A stretch of DNA of 64,000 nt from Spirochaetia bacterium (GCA_965208575.1 CBDBOV010000004.1:896001-960000), one strand, 5' to 3'; counted from the first letter of the stretch, positions 48,646-59,138 are shown. Numbers and translations are program-made. The notes: generated by a model not told the origin, from the sequence alone.

Positions 48646-50520
48646 ATGGCCCGTCTCTCCCCCGGCATCGACGGCCGGCTCACCGACTACGGCGACCCCG
48701 GCTTCAGTTCTTTTCTCCGGCGTGCATTCCTGGCGTCAGCCGGGTACGACGATGGCGACGTCGACCGGCCGGTGGTGGCCATCGTGGACACCAGCTCCGA
48801 CTACACCACCTGTCACCGCGACATGCCGGCGCTGCTCGCCGCGGTGCGGCGCGGCGTGCTGCAGGGCGGTGCGCTGCCGCTCACCCTGCCCACCCTCTCG
48901 CTCGGCGAGATCTTGATTTCGCCCACCTCGATGCTGTACCGCAACCTGCTCGCGATGGAGACCGAGGAGGCGCTCACCGCCTACCCGATGGACGCGGCGG
49001 TGCTGCTCGGCGGCTGCGACAAGACGGTGCCGGCGCAGTTGATGGCAGCCGCATCGGCGGATGTGCCGGTGGTGTCGGTGGTGACCGGCCCGATGCGCAC
49101 CGGCTCCTGGCGCGGCACCCGGCTCGGCGCCTGCACCGACTGCCGCGCCCACTGGGTGCAGTACCGCGCCGGCGAACTGGACGACACGGAGATCCGCGCA
49201 GTGCAGCAGGAGCTGTGTCCCACCGGCGGCACCTGCATGGTAATGGGCACGGCGTCCACCATGGCCTGCCTGACCGAGACGCTCGGGCTCATGCTGTCGG
49301 GCGGCGCCGCGGCGCCCTCCGGCTCCGGCGCCCGCCTGCGCCACGCGGTGGCATCCGGCCGCCGCGCTGCCGCCCTGGCGCATACCCCGATCCGCCCGCG
49401 CGAAGTGCTCACGGCGGCGGCGTTCGCCAACGCGGTTACCGTCCTTCTGGCGATCGGCGGCTCTACCAACGCCATTATCCACCTGCTGGCGATCGCCCGC
49501 CGCGCCGGCGTGCCGCTTACCCTCGCCGACTTCGAGGCGGCTGCCGCGCGCGTCCCGCTGCTGGTCAACTGCAAGCCGAGCGGCGCGCTGTGGCTGGAGG
49601 ACCTGCACCGCGTCGGCGGCATGCCGGCGGTGTTGGCCGAGCTGCGGCCGCTGCTGCACCTCGACGCGCTGTGCGTGAGCGGACGGACGCTGGGTGAACA
49701 ACTCGCCGCGCGCCGCGTGTCTGCCGCGGAGGTCGCCGAAACCGCTGCCGGCGCCATCGAACCGGGACGCTCCACCGCGAGCGACAAACCGCCGGAGGCG
49801 GCCACAGCGGACGCCGGGAGTGCCCGCCGCGAGGTTGAGAAGGACAAGAGCGAGCGCTCACTCTCCATCCGATCCATCGCCCTCGACCGGGTAATCGGCA
49901 CGCTGGACGAGCCGATCGGCCCGCCGGGTGCCCTCACCGTGCTGCGCGGCTCGCTGGCGCCCGACGGCGCGGTGCTCAAGCGTTCCGCCGCCACGCCCGC
50001 CCTGCTGAAGCACCGCGGTCCGGCGCTGGTGTTCGAATCGCCCGCCGACCTGGCGGCGCGCATCGACGATCCGGCCCTGCCGGTCACCCCGGACCACGTG
50101 CTCGTGCTGCGCAACAGCGGCCCCGCGGCCGCCGGCATGCCGGAAACCGGATCCGTGCCGATTCCGCGCAAGCTGGCGGAGGCCGGCGTGCGTGACATGG
50201 TACGCGTGTCGGACGCGCGCATGAGCGGCACCGCGGCCGGCACCGTGGTACTGCACTGCTCGCCCGAGGCGGCCCGCGGCGGCCCGTTGGCCCTGGTCGA
50301 GGACGGCGACCCGGTGGAGCTGGATGCCGACGGCGGCCGTATCGACGTGCTGGTTTCGGAACGGGAACTGGCCGCGCGCCGCGTGCGCGCACCGGCACCG
50401 CCGGCCCCGCCGCGGCGCGGCTGGAAACGCCTGCACGCCGAGCACGTGCTGCCTGCCCACCTCGGCGCCGACCTCGACTTTCTCGCGCCCGACCCGGATA
50501 CGGAAGCAGGCGGGCAGTAA
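48646..50520 (+). CDS. IlvD/Edd-family dehydratase (sugar-acid dehydratase-like)
   Basis: TTCH, GGCDKT, GTCMVMGTASTM, GGSTN, GMPE, SDARMSGT, H.SPEAA.GGP. Confidence 0.92.
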   Translation: MARLSPGIDGRLTDYGDPGFSSFLRRAFLASAGYDDGDVDRPVVAIVDTSSDYTTCHRDMPALLAAVRRGVLQGGALPLTLPTLSLGEILISPTSMLYRNLLAMETEEALTAYPMDAAVLLGGCDKTVPAQLMAAASADVPVVSVVTGPMRTGSWRGTRLGACTDCRAHWVQYRAGELDDTEIRAVQQELCPTGGTCMVMGTASTMACLTETLGLMLSGGAAAPSGSGARLRHAVASGRRAAALAHTPIRPREVLTAAAFANAVTVLLAIGGSTNAIIHLLAIARRAGVPLTLADFEAAAARVPLLVNCKPSGALWLEDLHRVGGMPAVLAELRPLLHLDALCVSGRTLGEQLAARRVSAAEVAETAAGAIEPGRSTASDKPPEAATADAGSARREVEKDKSERSLSIRSIALDRVIGTLDEPIGPPGALTVLRGSLAPDGAVLKRSAATPALLKHRGPALVFESPADLAARIDDPALPVTPDHVLVLRNSGPAAAGMPETGSVPIPRKLAEAGVRDMVRVSDARMSGTAAGTVVLHCSPEAARGGPLALVEDGDPVELDADGGRIDVLVSERELAARRVRAPAPPAPPRRGWKRLHAEHVLPAHLGADLDFLAPDPDTEAGGQ

Positions 50521-50535
50521 CCGCGCCGCGGCGCG

Positions 50536-51414
50536 CTATTCGATGATCTTGGTGAGCGGATACTCGACGATGCCGCTCGCCCCGGCCTCCTTGAGGAGTG
50601 GAATGATGTCGCGCACCACCGCCTCGTCGATCACCGTATTGACCGCGATCCAGTCGCCGTTCACCAGCCCCGACAGGGTCGGCTTCTGCAATGCCGGGAG
50701 TACCGCCACCACGCTTTCCACCTTGTCCTGAGGCACGTTCATCATCAGCCCCACCTTGCCCTCTGCCGCCATTGCGCCGCGCAGCATGAGCGTGATGTTC
50801 TCGATCTTGCGCCGCTTCCAGTCATCGTGCCACGCCGTCTCGTTGGCGATCAGCCGCGGTGTGCTCTGCACGATGGTGTCCACGATGCGCAGGTTGTTGG
50901 CGCGCAGCGAGCTGCCGGTTTCGGTGATCTCCACGATGGCGTCCGCCAGGCGCGGCGGCTTCACCTCGGTGGCGCCCCAGGAGAACTCCACGTGCGCCTG
51001 CACGCCGTGCCGCTTCAGGTAGTCGGTGGTGAGGTTCACCGCCTCGGTGGCGATGTGCTTGCCCTGCAGGTCGCGCGCACTCCGCACCGGCGAGTCCTCC
51101 GGCACCGCCAGCACCCAGCGCACCGGCCGGCGGCTCACCTTCGAGAACACCAGCTCGGCGACTTCCACCACCTCGGCGCGGTTCTCGACGATCCAGTCGT
51201 GCCCGGTCAGCCCCGCGTCCATGACGCCGTCCTGGACGTACCGCGCCATCTCCTGAGCGCGGATCAGGATACACTCGATCTCCGGGTCGTCGATCTCCGG
51301 GTAGTAGGAGCGCGACCGGAAGGTGATGCGGTACCCCGCCTGCTGAAACAGCTCGGCGGTGGCGTCCTGCAGGCTGCCGGCCGGGATGCCGAACTTCAAT
51401 ACCCGCGAGCTCAT
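50536..51414 (-). CDS. hisG: ATP phosphoribosyltransferase (long form)
   Basis: [42 protein letters not shown]-terminal regulatory domain. Confidence 0.95.
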   Translation of the reverse strand: MSSRVLKFGIPAGSLQDATAELFQQAGYRITFRSRSYYPEIDDPEIECILIRAQEMARYVQDGVMDAGLTGHDWIVENRAEVVEVAELVFSKVSRRPVRWVLAVPEDSPVRSARDLQGKHIATEAVNLTTDYLKRHGVQAHVEFSWGATEVKPPRLADAIVEITETGSSLRANNLRIVDTIVQSTPRLIANETAWHDDWKRRKIENITLMLRGAMAAEGKVGLMMNVPQDKVESVVAVLPALQKPTLSGLVNGDWIAVNTVIDEAVVRDIIPLLKEAGASGIVEYPLTKIIE

Positions 51415-51800
51415 CGGCCGTACACCGCCTCGGGATCGAATACCCGCTCAGCGACCACCTGCAACTCACCGTCGGCAACGTGGCGGAAGAAACAGCTCCG
51501 GTAGCCCTCATGGCAGGCGGCACCGCCGATCTGCCGTACCTTCACCAGGATCGTGTCGCCGTCGCAGTCGACGTACAACCCGCGCAGTTCCTGCACGTTG
51601 CCGCTCTCCTCGCCCTTGCGCCACAGCTTGTTGCGGCTGCGCGAGAAGTAGCACACGCGGCCGGTGCGCAGCGTCTCGGCGAGCGCCTCGCGGTTCATGT
51701 ACGCCATCATCAGCACCTCGCCGTCCTCGTCATCCTGCGCGATGACCGGCACCATGCCGCCGAGCTTGTCGAAATCGACCACGCCATCCAACGCTGTCAT
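51411..51800 (-). CDS. hisI: Phosphoribosyl-AMP cyclohydrolase
   Basis: [37 protein letters not shown]. Confidence 0.96.
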   Translation of the reverse strand: MTALDGVVDFDKLGGMVPVIAQDDEDGEVLMMAYMNREALAETLRTGRVCYFSRSRNKLWRKGEESGNVQELRGLYVDCDGDTILVKVRQIGGAACHEGYRSCFFRHVADGELQVVAERVFDPEAVYGR

Positions 51801-51906
51801 TGCTCGCTCCTCCTCCCGATTCCGCCTACAAGGTAATCATTCGAACGCCCGAGCACGAAGCGAGGCGTTCCCGCGGCGCGGCGGCGGAGTCCACCAGGCC
51901 GTCGGG

Positions 51907-52926
51907 TCATGTCACGACGCCGGCCTCGCCGCCCGGCGCGGCAGCGGGGAATCGAGCCGCCGCCGCCTCGAATTCGGCCCAGATTCCCACCGGCAAATCC
52001 GCGCTGGCATGCCGGAAGCTGGCTGCGATCTCGGCCGCGTCGCGGCTGCCGACCAGCGTCGACCCGATGCCGGTATTGCGGAGGCTGAATTGCATCGCCA
52101 GCGCGCCCACGTCGACACCGCGCTGCCTGCACCAGCCGTACACCGCAGCCGCGCGTTGCACGTCCTGCGGCTCCTGAGCGCGGTAGCGCGCCTGGTCAGC
52201 CGGGTCGGGGCCGGCGAGCAGACCGCGCAGGTAGGGCGATGCGTTCACCACGCCGACATCGTGGGCGCGCGCCAATTCGATCAATGAACGGGCGCTATCG
52301 CGCACCGGGCTGTAGTCGTAGGGCAGCAGCACCACGTCGAAGCGGCCGTCCTCGATGCAGCGCCGATGCCACTGGTGGTTGCCCACCCCGAGGCCGAGCG
52401 CGCCTACCATGCCCGCAGCCTTGAGATCTTCGATCGCCTCGGCGGCGCCGCCGACCGCCAGAACCTGGTCCACGTGCTCGGCGGAGGTGGGATCGTGGAC
52501 GAACACGATGTCGAGGTAGTCGCGGCCGAGCGCCTCCCGGCTGATGGCGAGCGACCGGTGCACCGACGCTCCGTCGTATTGCCCCACCATTCCCGAGCGA
52601 GTGCCCACCTTGGTCGACACGTAGACCCCGTCCCGCTGTTCCGCACTCAATCCGCGCAGCGCCACACCCAGACTGCGCTCGGCGACCTCGTCCTGGTACA
52701 GCGGTGACGTATCGATGTAGTTGACTCCGAAATCCACCGCCGCTCGTAACGCGGCCGACGCGATGCTCGCCCGCTCCGCGGCCGGATTGTCGCGGTCGCG
52801 CGCCGCGCCCAGGAACGCACCGCCCAGCCCCAGCACGGAGACCTGCAGACCGGTGCGGCCCAGTCGCCTGCGCGGCAAAGCCGTGCGGGCCGGCCTGGCC
52901 GCTGCTGCCGCCCTCTCCTGTTCCAC
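51907..52926 (-). CDS. Aldo/keto reductase
   Basis: RRLGRTGLQVSVLGLG, YIDTSPLY, STKVG, VHDP. Confidence 0.9.
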   Translation of the reverse strand: MEQERAAAAARPARTALPRRRLGRTGLQVSVLGLGGAFLGAARDRDNPAAERASIASAALRAAVDFGVNYIDTSPLYQDEVAERSLGVALRGLSAEQRDGVYVSTKVGTRSGMVGQYDGASVHRSLAISREALGRDYLDIVFVHDPTSAEHVDQVLAVGGAAEAIEDLKAAGMVGALGLGVGNHQWHRRCIEDGRFDVVLLPYDYSPVRDSARSLIELARAHDVGVVNASPYLRGLLAGPDPADQARYRAQEPQDVQRAAAVYGWCRQRGVDVGALAMQFSLRNTGIGSTLVGSRDAAEIAASFRHASADLPVGIWAEFEAAAARFPAAAPGGEAGVVT

Positions 52927-53020
52927 GAACCGCACCGTACCACATGCCGGGCGCATTGCCAGCCAAGGCGGCAGTAACGCCACCAACGGCGGCCAGGCGT
53001 GGTACGGTTGCGCGCCTCCG

Positions 53021-54289
53021 ATGACCATCAGCAATCGCCTCCCGCGCGTACCGGCGCAGTTCCGCTCCCTGTACGGCGGGCTGCTGGCGATCAGCCTCCT
53101 GTTCGGCGCCAACTTCACCGCCATGGGCGCCGTGCTTCCGCAGATGATCCGTTCCTTCGACTGGAGCTACACCGCCGCGGCAACCGTGCTGGCAGCCGGT
53201 TCGTTCGGCTACTTCGGCGCCACCTTCGCCAGCGGTTTCGTGGTACGCCGGATCGGCCTGCGCGTCACCGCGGTCGTCGGCCTGGTACTGATCGCGGGCG
53301 CGTTGGCGCTGTTCGGCGCCACGCCCGCGCTGGCGGCCAACGTGCTGCTGCACGGACTGGTCGGCGTCGGCAGCGGCTGCGTGGAGGTGGTGATCAACTA
53401 CGGCGCGGTGCGCATGGAACGCGACGGACGCAGCCAGCTCATGAACCTGCTGCACGCGGCGTTCTCGGTCGGCGGCATGCTTGGGCCGTTGGCGGCCGCG
53501 CGGCTGCTGGACACCGGGGCGCCGTGGCAGACGGTATTCCGCATCATCGCCGCCGGCACCGCGCTCGCCGCCATCTGGCTGGCGCTGCTGCCGTTCCACC
53601 GGCTTGACGAGCGCCCCCCACCCACCCGGCGCGCCGCCCGCCGAACGGCCGACCCGCCCGCGCCGCGCACCGCCGAGGGGAGCGCGAACGCGGCCAGGCC
53701 GGCCAAGCTGCCGGTCGACCACGTGCTGGTGGCGCTGTGCGTGGCCTTGCTGTTCATCTACGTCGGCGCCGAAGTGGGCGTGTCGGGCTGGATCGGCGAG
53801 TATTTCGTGAGCGTGCTCGGCCGCAGCCCGGCGCAAGGGGCGAACCTGGTGACGCTGTTCTGGGGCGGCATCCTGGCGGGCCGGCTCCTGCTTGCGCTCT
53901 GCTACACGGGGAGGCAATCCGCGCTCGCTATCCTGGCGCTCGCCGGAGTGGCCGCGGGCGGGCTGATCGTTGCCGTTGCCGCCGGCGGACCGATCGCCGC
54001 GGCCGCCGGATTCGTGGCGGCCGGGTTCGGGTTCTCCTCCATCTATCCGCTGGTGATGTCGATCGTCGGCAGCTACGTACCGGCGCGCAGGCAGAGCATG
54101 GTGGTAGGGTTTGCCTCCAGCGGCGGAGGCATCGGTTCGCTGGTGTTTCCGTTCCTGGTGGCGGCGGTGGCACAGCACACCGGTATTCGCCGGGGGTTCC
54201 TGCTGTACGTGGCGCTCGCGCTGCTGCTGATGCTGCTTGCGTTCGCCGCCATGCTCAGAACCCGCGGCATCGACCGCGCGCGGTCGTGA
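53021..54289 (+). CDS. MFS sugar transporter (FucP/TsgA-like)
   Basis: 12 TM; MNLLHAAFSVG..LGP, FIYVGAEVG..GW. Confidence 0.87.
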   Translation: MTISNRLPRVPAQFRSLYGGLLAISLLFGANFTAMGAVLPQMIRSFDWSYTAAATVLAAGSFGYFGATFASGFVVRRIGLRVTAVVGLVLIAGALALFGATPALAANVLLHGLVGVGSGCVEVVINYGAVRMERDGRSQLMNLLHAAFSVGGMLGPLAAARLLDTGAPWQTVFRIIAAGTALAAIWLALLPFHRLDERPPPTRRAARRTADPPAPRTAEGSANAARPAKLPVDHVLVALCVALLFIYVGAEVGVSGWIGEYFVSVLGRSPAQGANLVTLFWGGILAGRLLLALCYTGRQSALAILALAGVAAGGLIVAVAAGGPIAAAAGFVAAGFGFSSIYPLVMSIVGSYVPARRQSMVVGFASSGGGIGSLVFPFLVAAVAQHTGIRRGFLLYVALALLLMLLAFAAMLRTRGIDRARS

Positions 54290-54301
54290 CGGCGACGCCC
54301 G

Positions 54302-54727
54302 CTATCCCGATGAACCGTTGCTGCGCCGGGGCGCGGGCTTGTTGTGCGCGGCCGTGATGACGCGCAGAATGCGGCTGGCGACCAGTTCGTCGCCGACTTC
54401 CAACGTAATCACGTAGGCGCCGAAGTGGTTGAAGTTGCAGGTGATCGGCAGCACCAGTTCCACGTCCTCGCGTTCGCCCGCCACGTGGATCTCGCCGCTG
54501 CGCGTGGCGACCTCCTCCGACGACTGGCCGTGGGTCACCGTAACGCTGAATTCGTGGGTGCCGCGCGAGACGCTGCCGAGCGCGCCGTAGATGAACCACG
54601 CCACCGGCGGCGACGGCACGGTCGAAAACTGAAAGGACTGAAACACGCCGATCAGCCCCTTCTTGCCGTTGTTCTCGGTGATGATCCGGTCGCAGCACAG
54701 CAGCGCGTGAACTACCAACTCGTACAT
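54302..54727 (-). CDS. Hypothetical beta-sandwich protein (DUF6941-like)
   Basis: ALLCCDRII.E..GK..LIGVF N-terminus; F...G.Y.I.L.V C-terminus. Confidence 0.65.
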   Translation of the reverse strand: MYELVVHALLCCDRIITENNGKKGLIGVFQSFQFSTVPSPPVAWFIYGALGSVSRGTHEFSVTVTHGQSSEEVATRSGEIHVAGEREDVELVLPITCNFNHFGAYVITLEVGDELVASRILRVITAAHNKPAPRRSNGSSG

Positions 54728-54805
54728 GGTCGTCGCGTCGCCTCCAGAGTAGCGGATTTCTCCCCGCACGCCTATCGCCGCCGGCAGGCCGTCAGCGCAG
54801 CGCGG

Positions 54806-56041
54806 CTAGCGCAGGGTTCGCAAGCGCCGGTTGGTGAGCAGCACCACCGACACCAGCAGCATGAACGCGCCCATCACGGCGCCCGCCACCTGGCCGCCGA
54901 ACGCTTCCGCCAGGGCGCCGGCCGGCAGCGCCCCCAGCGGCACCAGGCCGAACGAGATCATGAACACGCTCGCCACGCGGCCGTGGTACTCCTCGTCGGC
55001 GATCTCCAGCATCACCGCCTGGTTGAGCGCCTTGCGGATGGCATCGCCCACGCCGAGCACCAGCATGCACGCCAGCCCCACCCAGAACAGCGCCAGTCCC
55101 GACATCACCAGGATCGCGGTACTGGCCACAATCGCGCCGCTCACCAGGATCAGTCCGCGGCGCCCCGGCCGCACGTTGGCCACCACCACCGCCGCGCCCA
55201 CCGAGCCCACGCCCATCGCGGTCACCAGCAGGCCGAGCACCTCGGGGCCGCGCTGGTACAGGTCGACCACGAACACCGGCAGAATGAGCCGGAATGGCAT
55301 CGCCACCAGGGCGTACACCACCGAGATCACGAACAGGATGACGATGTCCGGCTGGCGGCGAATGTAGATGAGCCCCTGCCGGATCGCCGCCTGCTGGGTA
55401 CCGCCGACCGCGGGCACGTACCGCGAACTGATCCGCCCGGTCATCCACACCGCGCCGACCCCCATGGCCGCGACGAAGTAGTAGGTCGCCGCGGGGCCGA
55501 ACAGCCCGTACAGCCACCCGCCGAAGGCAGGCCCCACCAGCGTGGTCAGACTGAACCCCGCCGCCATGAGCGACAGCGCATTGGTGGTGAGCCGGCGCCC
55601 CACCAGCCCGGGAATCATCGCCTGGCGAGCCGGCACCAGGAGCGCCCACAGCATGCCCTGCAGCGCCGACGACGCCAGCAGGTGCACCCAGGTGACCTGT
55701 CCGAACTGAATCGCCAGGCCGACCGCCAGCGCAACCATCGAGAACATCGCCTGCGCCACCTGCACCAGCCGGCGGCGGTCGAACCGGTCCGCCACCGCGC
55801 CGCCGACCAGCGCCAGCGACAGCATCGGCACCGCGAAGCCGACCGCGACCAGGCTGAGCAGGAGCGGCGAGCTGGTCAGGTCGTAGGCCAGGTAGCCGGA
55901 CGCCACCATGCGGACCTGCGAGGCGCCGAACAGGATCAGCAGGCCGAACCACAGCAGGCGGAAGTCGCGCACCGCCAGGGACGCAAACGTGGTGGTGCGC
56001 GCGCGCCGTCCGGTCGCGCGCAGGCGTTCCGCTAGCGCCAC
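54806..56041 (-). CDS. MFS transporter (MFS_3-like; start uncertain)
   Basis: FASL.VRDFRLLW, GGAVADRFDRRR, PARQAMIP.LV, GRVAS. Confidence 0.88.
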   Translation of the reverse strand: MALAERLRATGRRARTTTFASLAVRDFRLLWFGLLILFGASQVRMVASGYLAYDLTSSPLLLSLVAVGFAVPMLSLALVGGAVADRFDRRRLVQVAQAMFSMVALAVGLAIQFGQVTWVHLLASSALQGMLWALLVPARQAMIPGLVGRRLTTNALSLMAAGFSLTTLVGPAFGGWLYGLFGPAATYYFVAAMGVGAVWMTGRISSRYVPAVGGTQQAAIRQGLIYIRRQPDIVILFVISVVYALVAMPFRLILPVFVVDLYQRGPEVLGLLVTAMGVGSVGAAVVVANVRPGRRGLILVSGAIVASTAILVMSGLALFWVGLACMLVLGVGDAIRKALNQAVMLEIADEEYHGRVASVFMISFGLVPLGALPAGALAEAFGGQVAGAVMGAFMLLVSVVLLTNRRLRTLR

Positions 56042-56279
56042 GCGGCTTGCAGACGAATTCCGTGCGCCGGACGCCACGCGGCCGGCACATGGACCAGACG
56101 TGACGGACGGCACCGATCAGGGCGCAGGCGGCACCGGAGCGCTATTGCGGGCGGCGGTGAGAGGGGGGGCATGCGAGGGGATCTTGCGCGCGAGCGTACC
56201 ACGTCCGGGCCCCGGCGTGCAGGCCCCTTCTCGTGCGGCGCCGCGGGAGCGGGCGCGCCGGGTTCTTGACAGTGCCGTC

Positions 56280-56376
56280 GGCCTCGCCTGCCGGTTCATC
56301 GCCCACGACCTGTCGGTGGTTGAGCACATCGCCGACCGGCTGCAACTTCCACACGCGCTGTCCCTACGCCGCCGAG
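56280..56376 (+). pseudogene. Collapsed remnant of an oligopeptide ABC ATPase (OppF/DppF)
   Basis: FIAHDLSVVEHIADR directly abuts, out of frame, GCNFHTRCPYAAE. Confidence 0.75.
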
Positions 56377-56483
56377 CTCACCCTCGTCGGCTACCACTGA
56401 GCGCCGCTCCTCCTCGCAATGCCATCGTCACGGCCCCTGGCATTCGATGATACTCCTGAGTATATTTGCTTGGGAAGGTAATC

Positions 56484-57752
56484 ATGGCGGCTGCATTCGA
56501 ACGCGCGCAAGTCGACACCCTCTGCCAGCGGCTCGCGGAATCCCCGGCGCGGCTCATTACGCTCGTTGGGCCACGCCGGACCGGCAAGACGACCATTGCC
56601 TTGCAAGCACTGCGCCGAATCGACCGTAGAAGCCGCCACCTTGCCGTGGACGAGCCCGCCCCCGACGGAATCGGCACGCCCTTTGGCCGGGCGGACCCCA
56701 TTCTCACCGAACCAGAGGCGCGTGACATGGCATGGCTGGACTATAATTGGAAACAAGCGCGGCACGAGGCGGAACGGTCCCCGGGCGGCTTCGTGCTGGT
56801 GCTGGACGAGATTCAGAAGATCCCCCAGTGGTCGGAGACGGTCAAGGGACTGTGGGACGCCGACCGGGTGAGCGGCTGCCCCCTGCACGTGGTCGTTCTG
56901 GGGTCGGCTCCGCTCCTGATGCAGTCCGGTTTGAGCGAGAGCCTCGCTGGACGTTTCGAACCGATCCGGGTGACCCATTGGTCGTTCGCGGAGGTTTCCG
57001 CTGCGTTCGGCATCGACCTGCCGCGCTACCTCTACTTTGGCGGCTACCCGGAGGCGTACGGTCTGATCGCGGATGAAGACCGGTGGCGCGATTACGTGCT
57101 CGGGGCGGTCGTCGAGCCGAACATCGAGCGTGACATCCTTGCGTTGACCCGGGTCGACAAGCCCGCGCTCCTGAAGCGGCTGTTCGAGTTGGGCGCCGCC
57201 TACTCCGGTCAGATCCTGTCGTACAACAAGATGCTCGGCCAACTCGACGACGCCGGCAACACCACTACCCTGGCGCGCTACCTCGACCTGCTCGGCATGG
57301 CCGGACTGGTCGCCGGCCTGCCGAAGTACACCGGTACGGCCGCCGGGCGACGCGCGTCGAGCCCCAAGCTCAACGTGCTCAACACGGCCTTGATGACCGC
57401 CGGCTCCGGCTATTCCTTCGACGAAGCAATTGCCGACCGGACACTCTGGGGACGGATTGCCGAGACCGCCGTGGGCGCCCACCTGTACAACACGGCGGCG
57501 TCCAATGTTCGCGTGCACTACTGGCGGCAGGGCTCGCACGAGGTGGACTTCGTCCTGCACCGTGGCCCGCGGCTGGTGGCGATAGAGGTCAAGAGCGGCG
57601 ACGCGCGCAGGGGCGCGACCACCGCGCTGCGGGGAATCCGGGAATTCGAACGGCAGTATGGTCCTCGCCGCTCGCTGCTGGTCGGAGCGGGCGGCATACC
57701 GCTCGACGAGTTCCTCGCAGCCCCCGCCGGCCATTGGCTTGAAGAAGCATGA
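56484..57752 (+). CDS. Second AAA_14 + DUF4143 ATPase (different subfamily)
   Basis: GPRRTGKTT, LDEIQK, LGSAPLL, ESLAGRFE, GGYP, EVDFVL...IEVKSG. Confidence 0.9.
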   Translation: MAAAFERAQVDTLCQRLAESPARLITLVGPRRTGKTTIALQALRRIDRRSRHLAVDEPAPDGIGTPFGRADPILTEPEARDMAWLDYNWKQARHEAERSPGGFVLVLDEIQKIPQWSETVKGLWDADRVSGCPLHVVVLGSAPLLMQSGLSESLAGRFEPIRVTHWSFAEVSAAFGIDLPRYLYFGGYPEAYGLIADEDRWRDYVLGAVVEPNIERDILALTRVDKPALLKRLFELGAAYSGQILSYNKMLGQLDDAGNTTTLARYLDLLGMAGLVAGLPKYTGTAAGRRASSPKLNVLNTALMTAGSGYSFDEAIADRTLWGRIAETAVGAHLYNTAASNVRVHYWRQGSHEVDFVLHRGPRLVAIEVKSGDARRGATTALRGIREFERQYGPRRSLLVGAGGIPLDEFLAAPAGHWLEEA

Positions 57753-59040
57753 GTCTCATCGGCCCATATCCGAGCGGTATCCAGGAGCGACGCCGCTCGC
57801 ACGAAGAACGAGAGAGGAACCACGGCGATTGGATAGCCCACGTACGTTCCAATTTGGCTGAACTGAGCTCGGGAACGGGTAATCTCGCGACACTGTATTG
57901 GACCGGGAAGGCATACTTCGGCTCGCTCGTGGAGGCTCGCGGAAGCTGCCCCAAGGAACGGATCAGAAGCCTCTTTCGAAACGAGGAACCGCTGGTCGAG
58001 GCGGCACTCGCCGGCATGCGCGGCACCCTGAGCCGCAGCGACGTTCCGGATCCAGCCGAGATCATCAGTAATGTGGGAAGCGGCCAGGAGTACCGCGTAG
58101 CACTACCGTTCCTGGCCGGTATGGAAGAAATCGAACCGGAGACGTTGCTCCGACTGAGTGACAGGCAGGTAAGGCAGGCGCTCGCGTTCCGTTACTGCTC
58201 GCCTGCCCTCCGCCTGAGGCAGCAGGATTCGGCGTGGTACCGGACACTGCTGGACCGGTGTCCGGAAACCGTCGCCGACGTACTCGTCCGTTGCGCGGCT
58301 TCGATTCTTCGCAGCGGTAAGCACGACTACTCCATCGCTCATCAGCTACTCGGAGAAGATCATGCTCGCGTAGCCCGTCATGCGGCCATGCCGCTACTGC
58401 GCGGTTTCCCCCTGCGCTGCACGGCGGCGCAGCTTCAGAATCTGGACGAACTGCTCCATGCCGCCCATCGGTACGCCGATCGACGGTCCTTTCTTGAATT
58501 GATTGCGGCGAAGGTCTCGCGTCCGAGCATGACTGTCGCCCAGAGGGTTCACTGGCTGGCGATGGGAGTCATCGTTCGTCCGCGCAGCTACCTCGATCCC
58601 TTGAGAGACTTCGTACGACGCCGGGAGAGGCGCATGTCGCATCTCGCGGAGTTTCTGCTGCGGGCAGGTCCGACCATCGACGAGCTGACGGTACCGGCTC
58701 TGAAGTACTACATCAGCCTGCTCGGAAGTACCCTCGGACGTTGGTTCTCGCACGATTCGTATGTCTTGGCCACCGAGTCCGCCAGTGTGGCGCCATGTGT
58801 CTACCAGATGATCGAGCGCTTGGCAGCGCTTCCCGACCCGGAAGCACGCGCTGCGCTGGACGAGCTCGCGACAGACGAGGCGCTATCCTCCTGGAAGGTG
58901 AACTTGGTCGCCGCTCGCGACCGCCAAACGCGTGGTGCGGCGCGACGCCCTCCACCGGCATCCCGGCGTCGACCAGGCCTGCGAGACCTTGCGCGATGGT
59001 CGAGCCGCGAACCCGGCTGATCTCGCCGCCCTCGTGACCG
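57749..59040 (+). pseudogene. Internal fragment of a large helical (NACHT-associated-type) protein, frameshifted and cut by IS1634
   Basis: Lower-GC ORF with no NTPase domain; after an extra A at ~58926 it continues QRVVRRDALHRHPGVDQACETLRDGRAANPADLAALVT. Confidence 0.55.
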
Positions 59041-59138
59041 GCGCACGATTTCGGTCTAGGCCGAAGTTCCAGAGCGGGAATCTTGTTAATTCGTTATTGA
59101 TCTGAAAATTGCGCTCAACAGCCGATGTCCGTTACTGG

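Noticed and set aside
50536-51800. Isolated hisI-hisG pair as unusual
   Set aside because: Split his operons are common in many phyla
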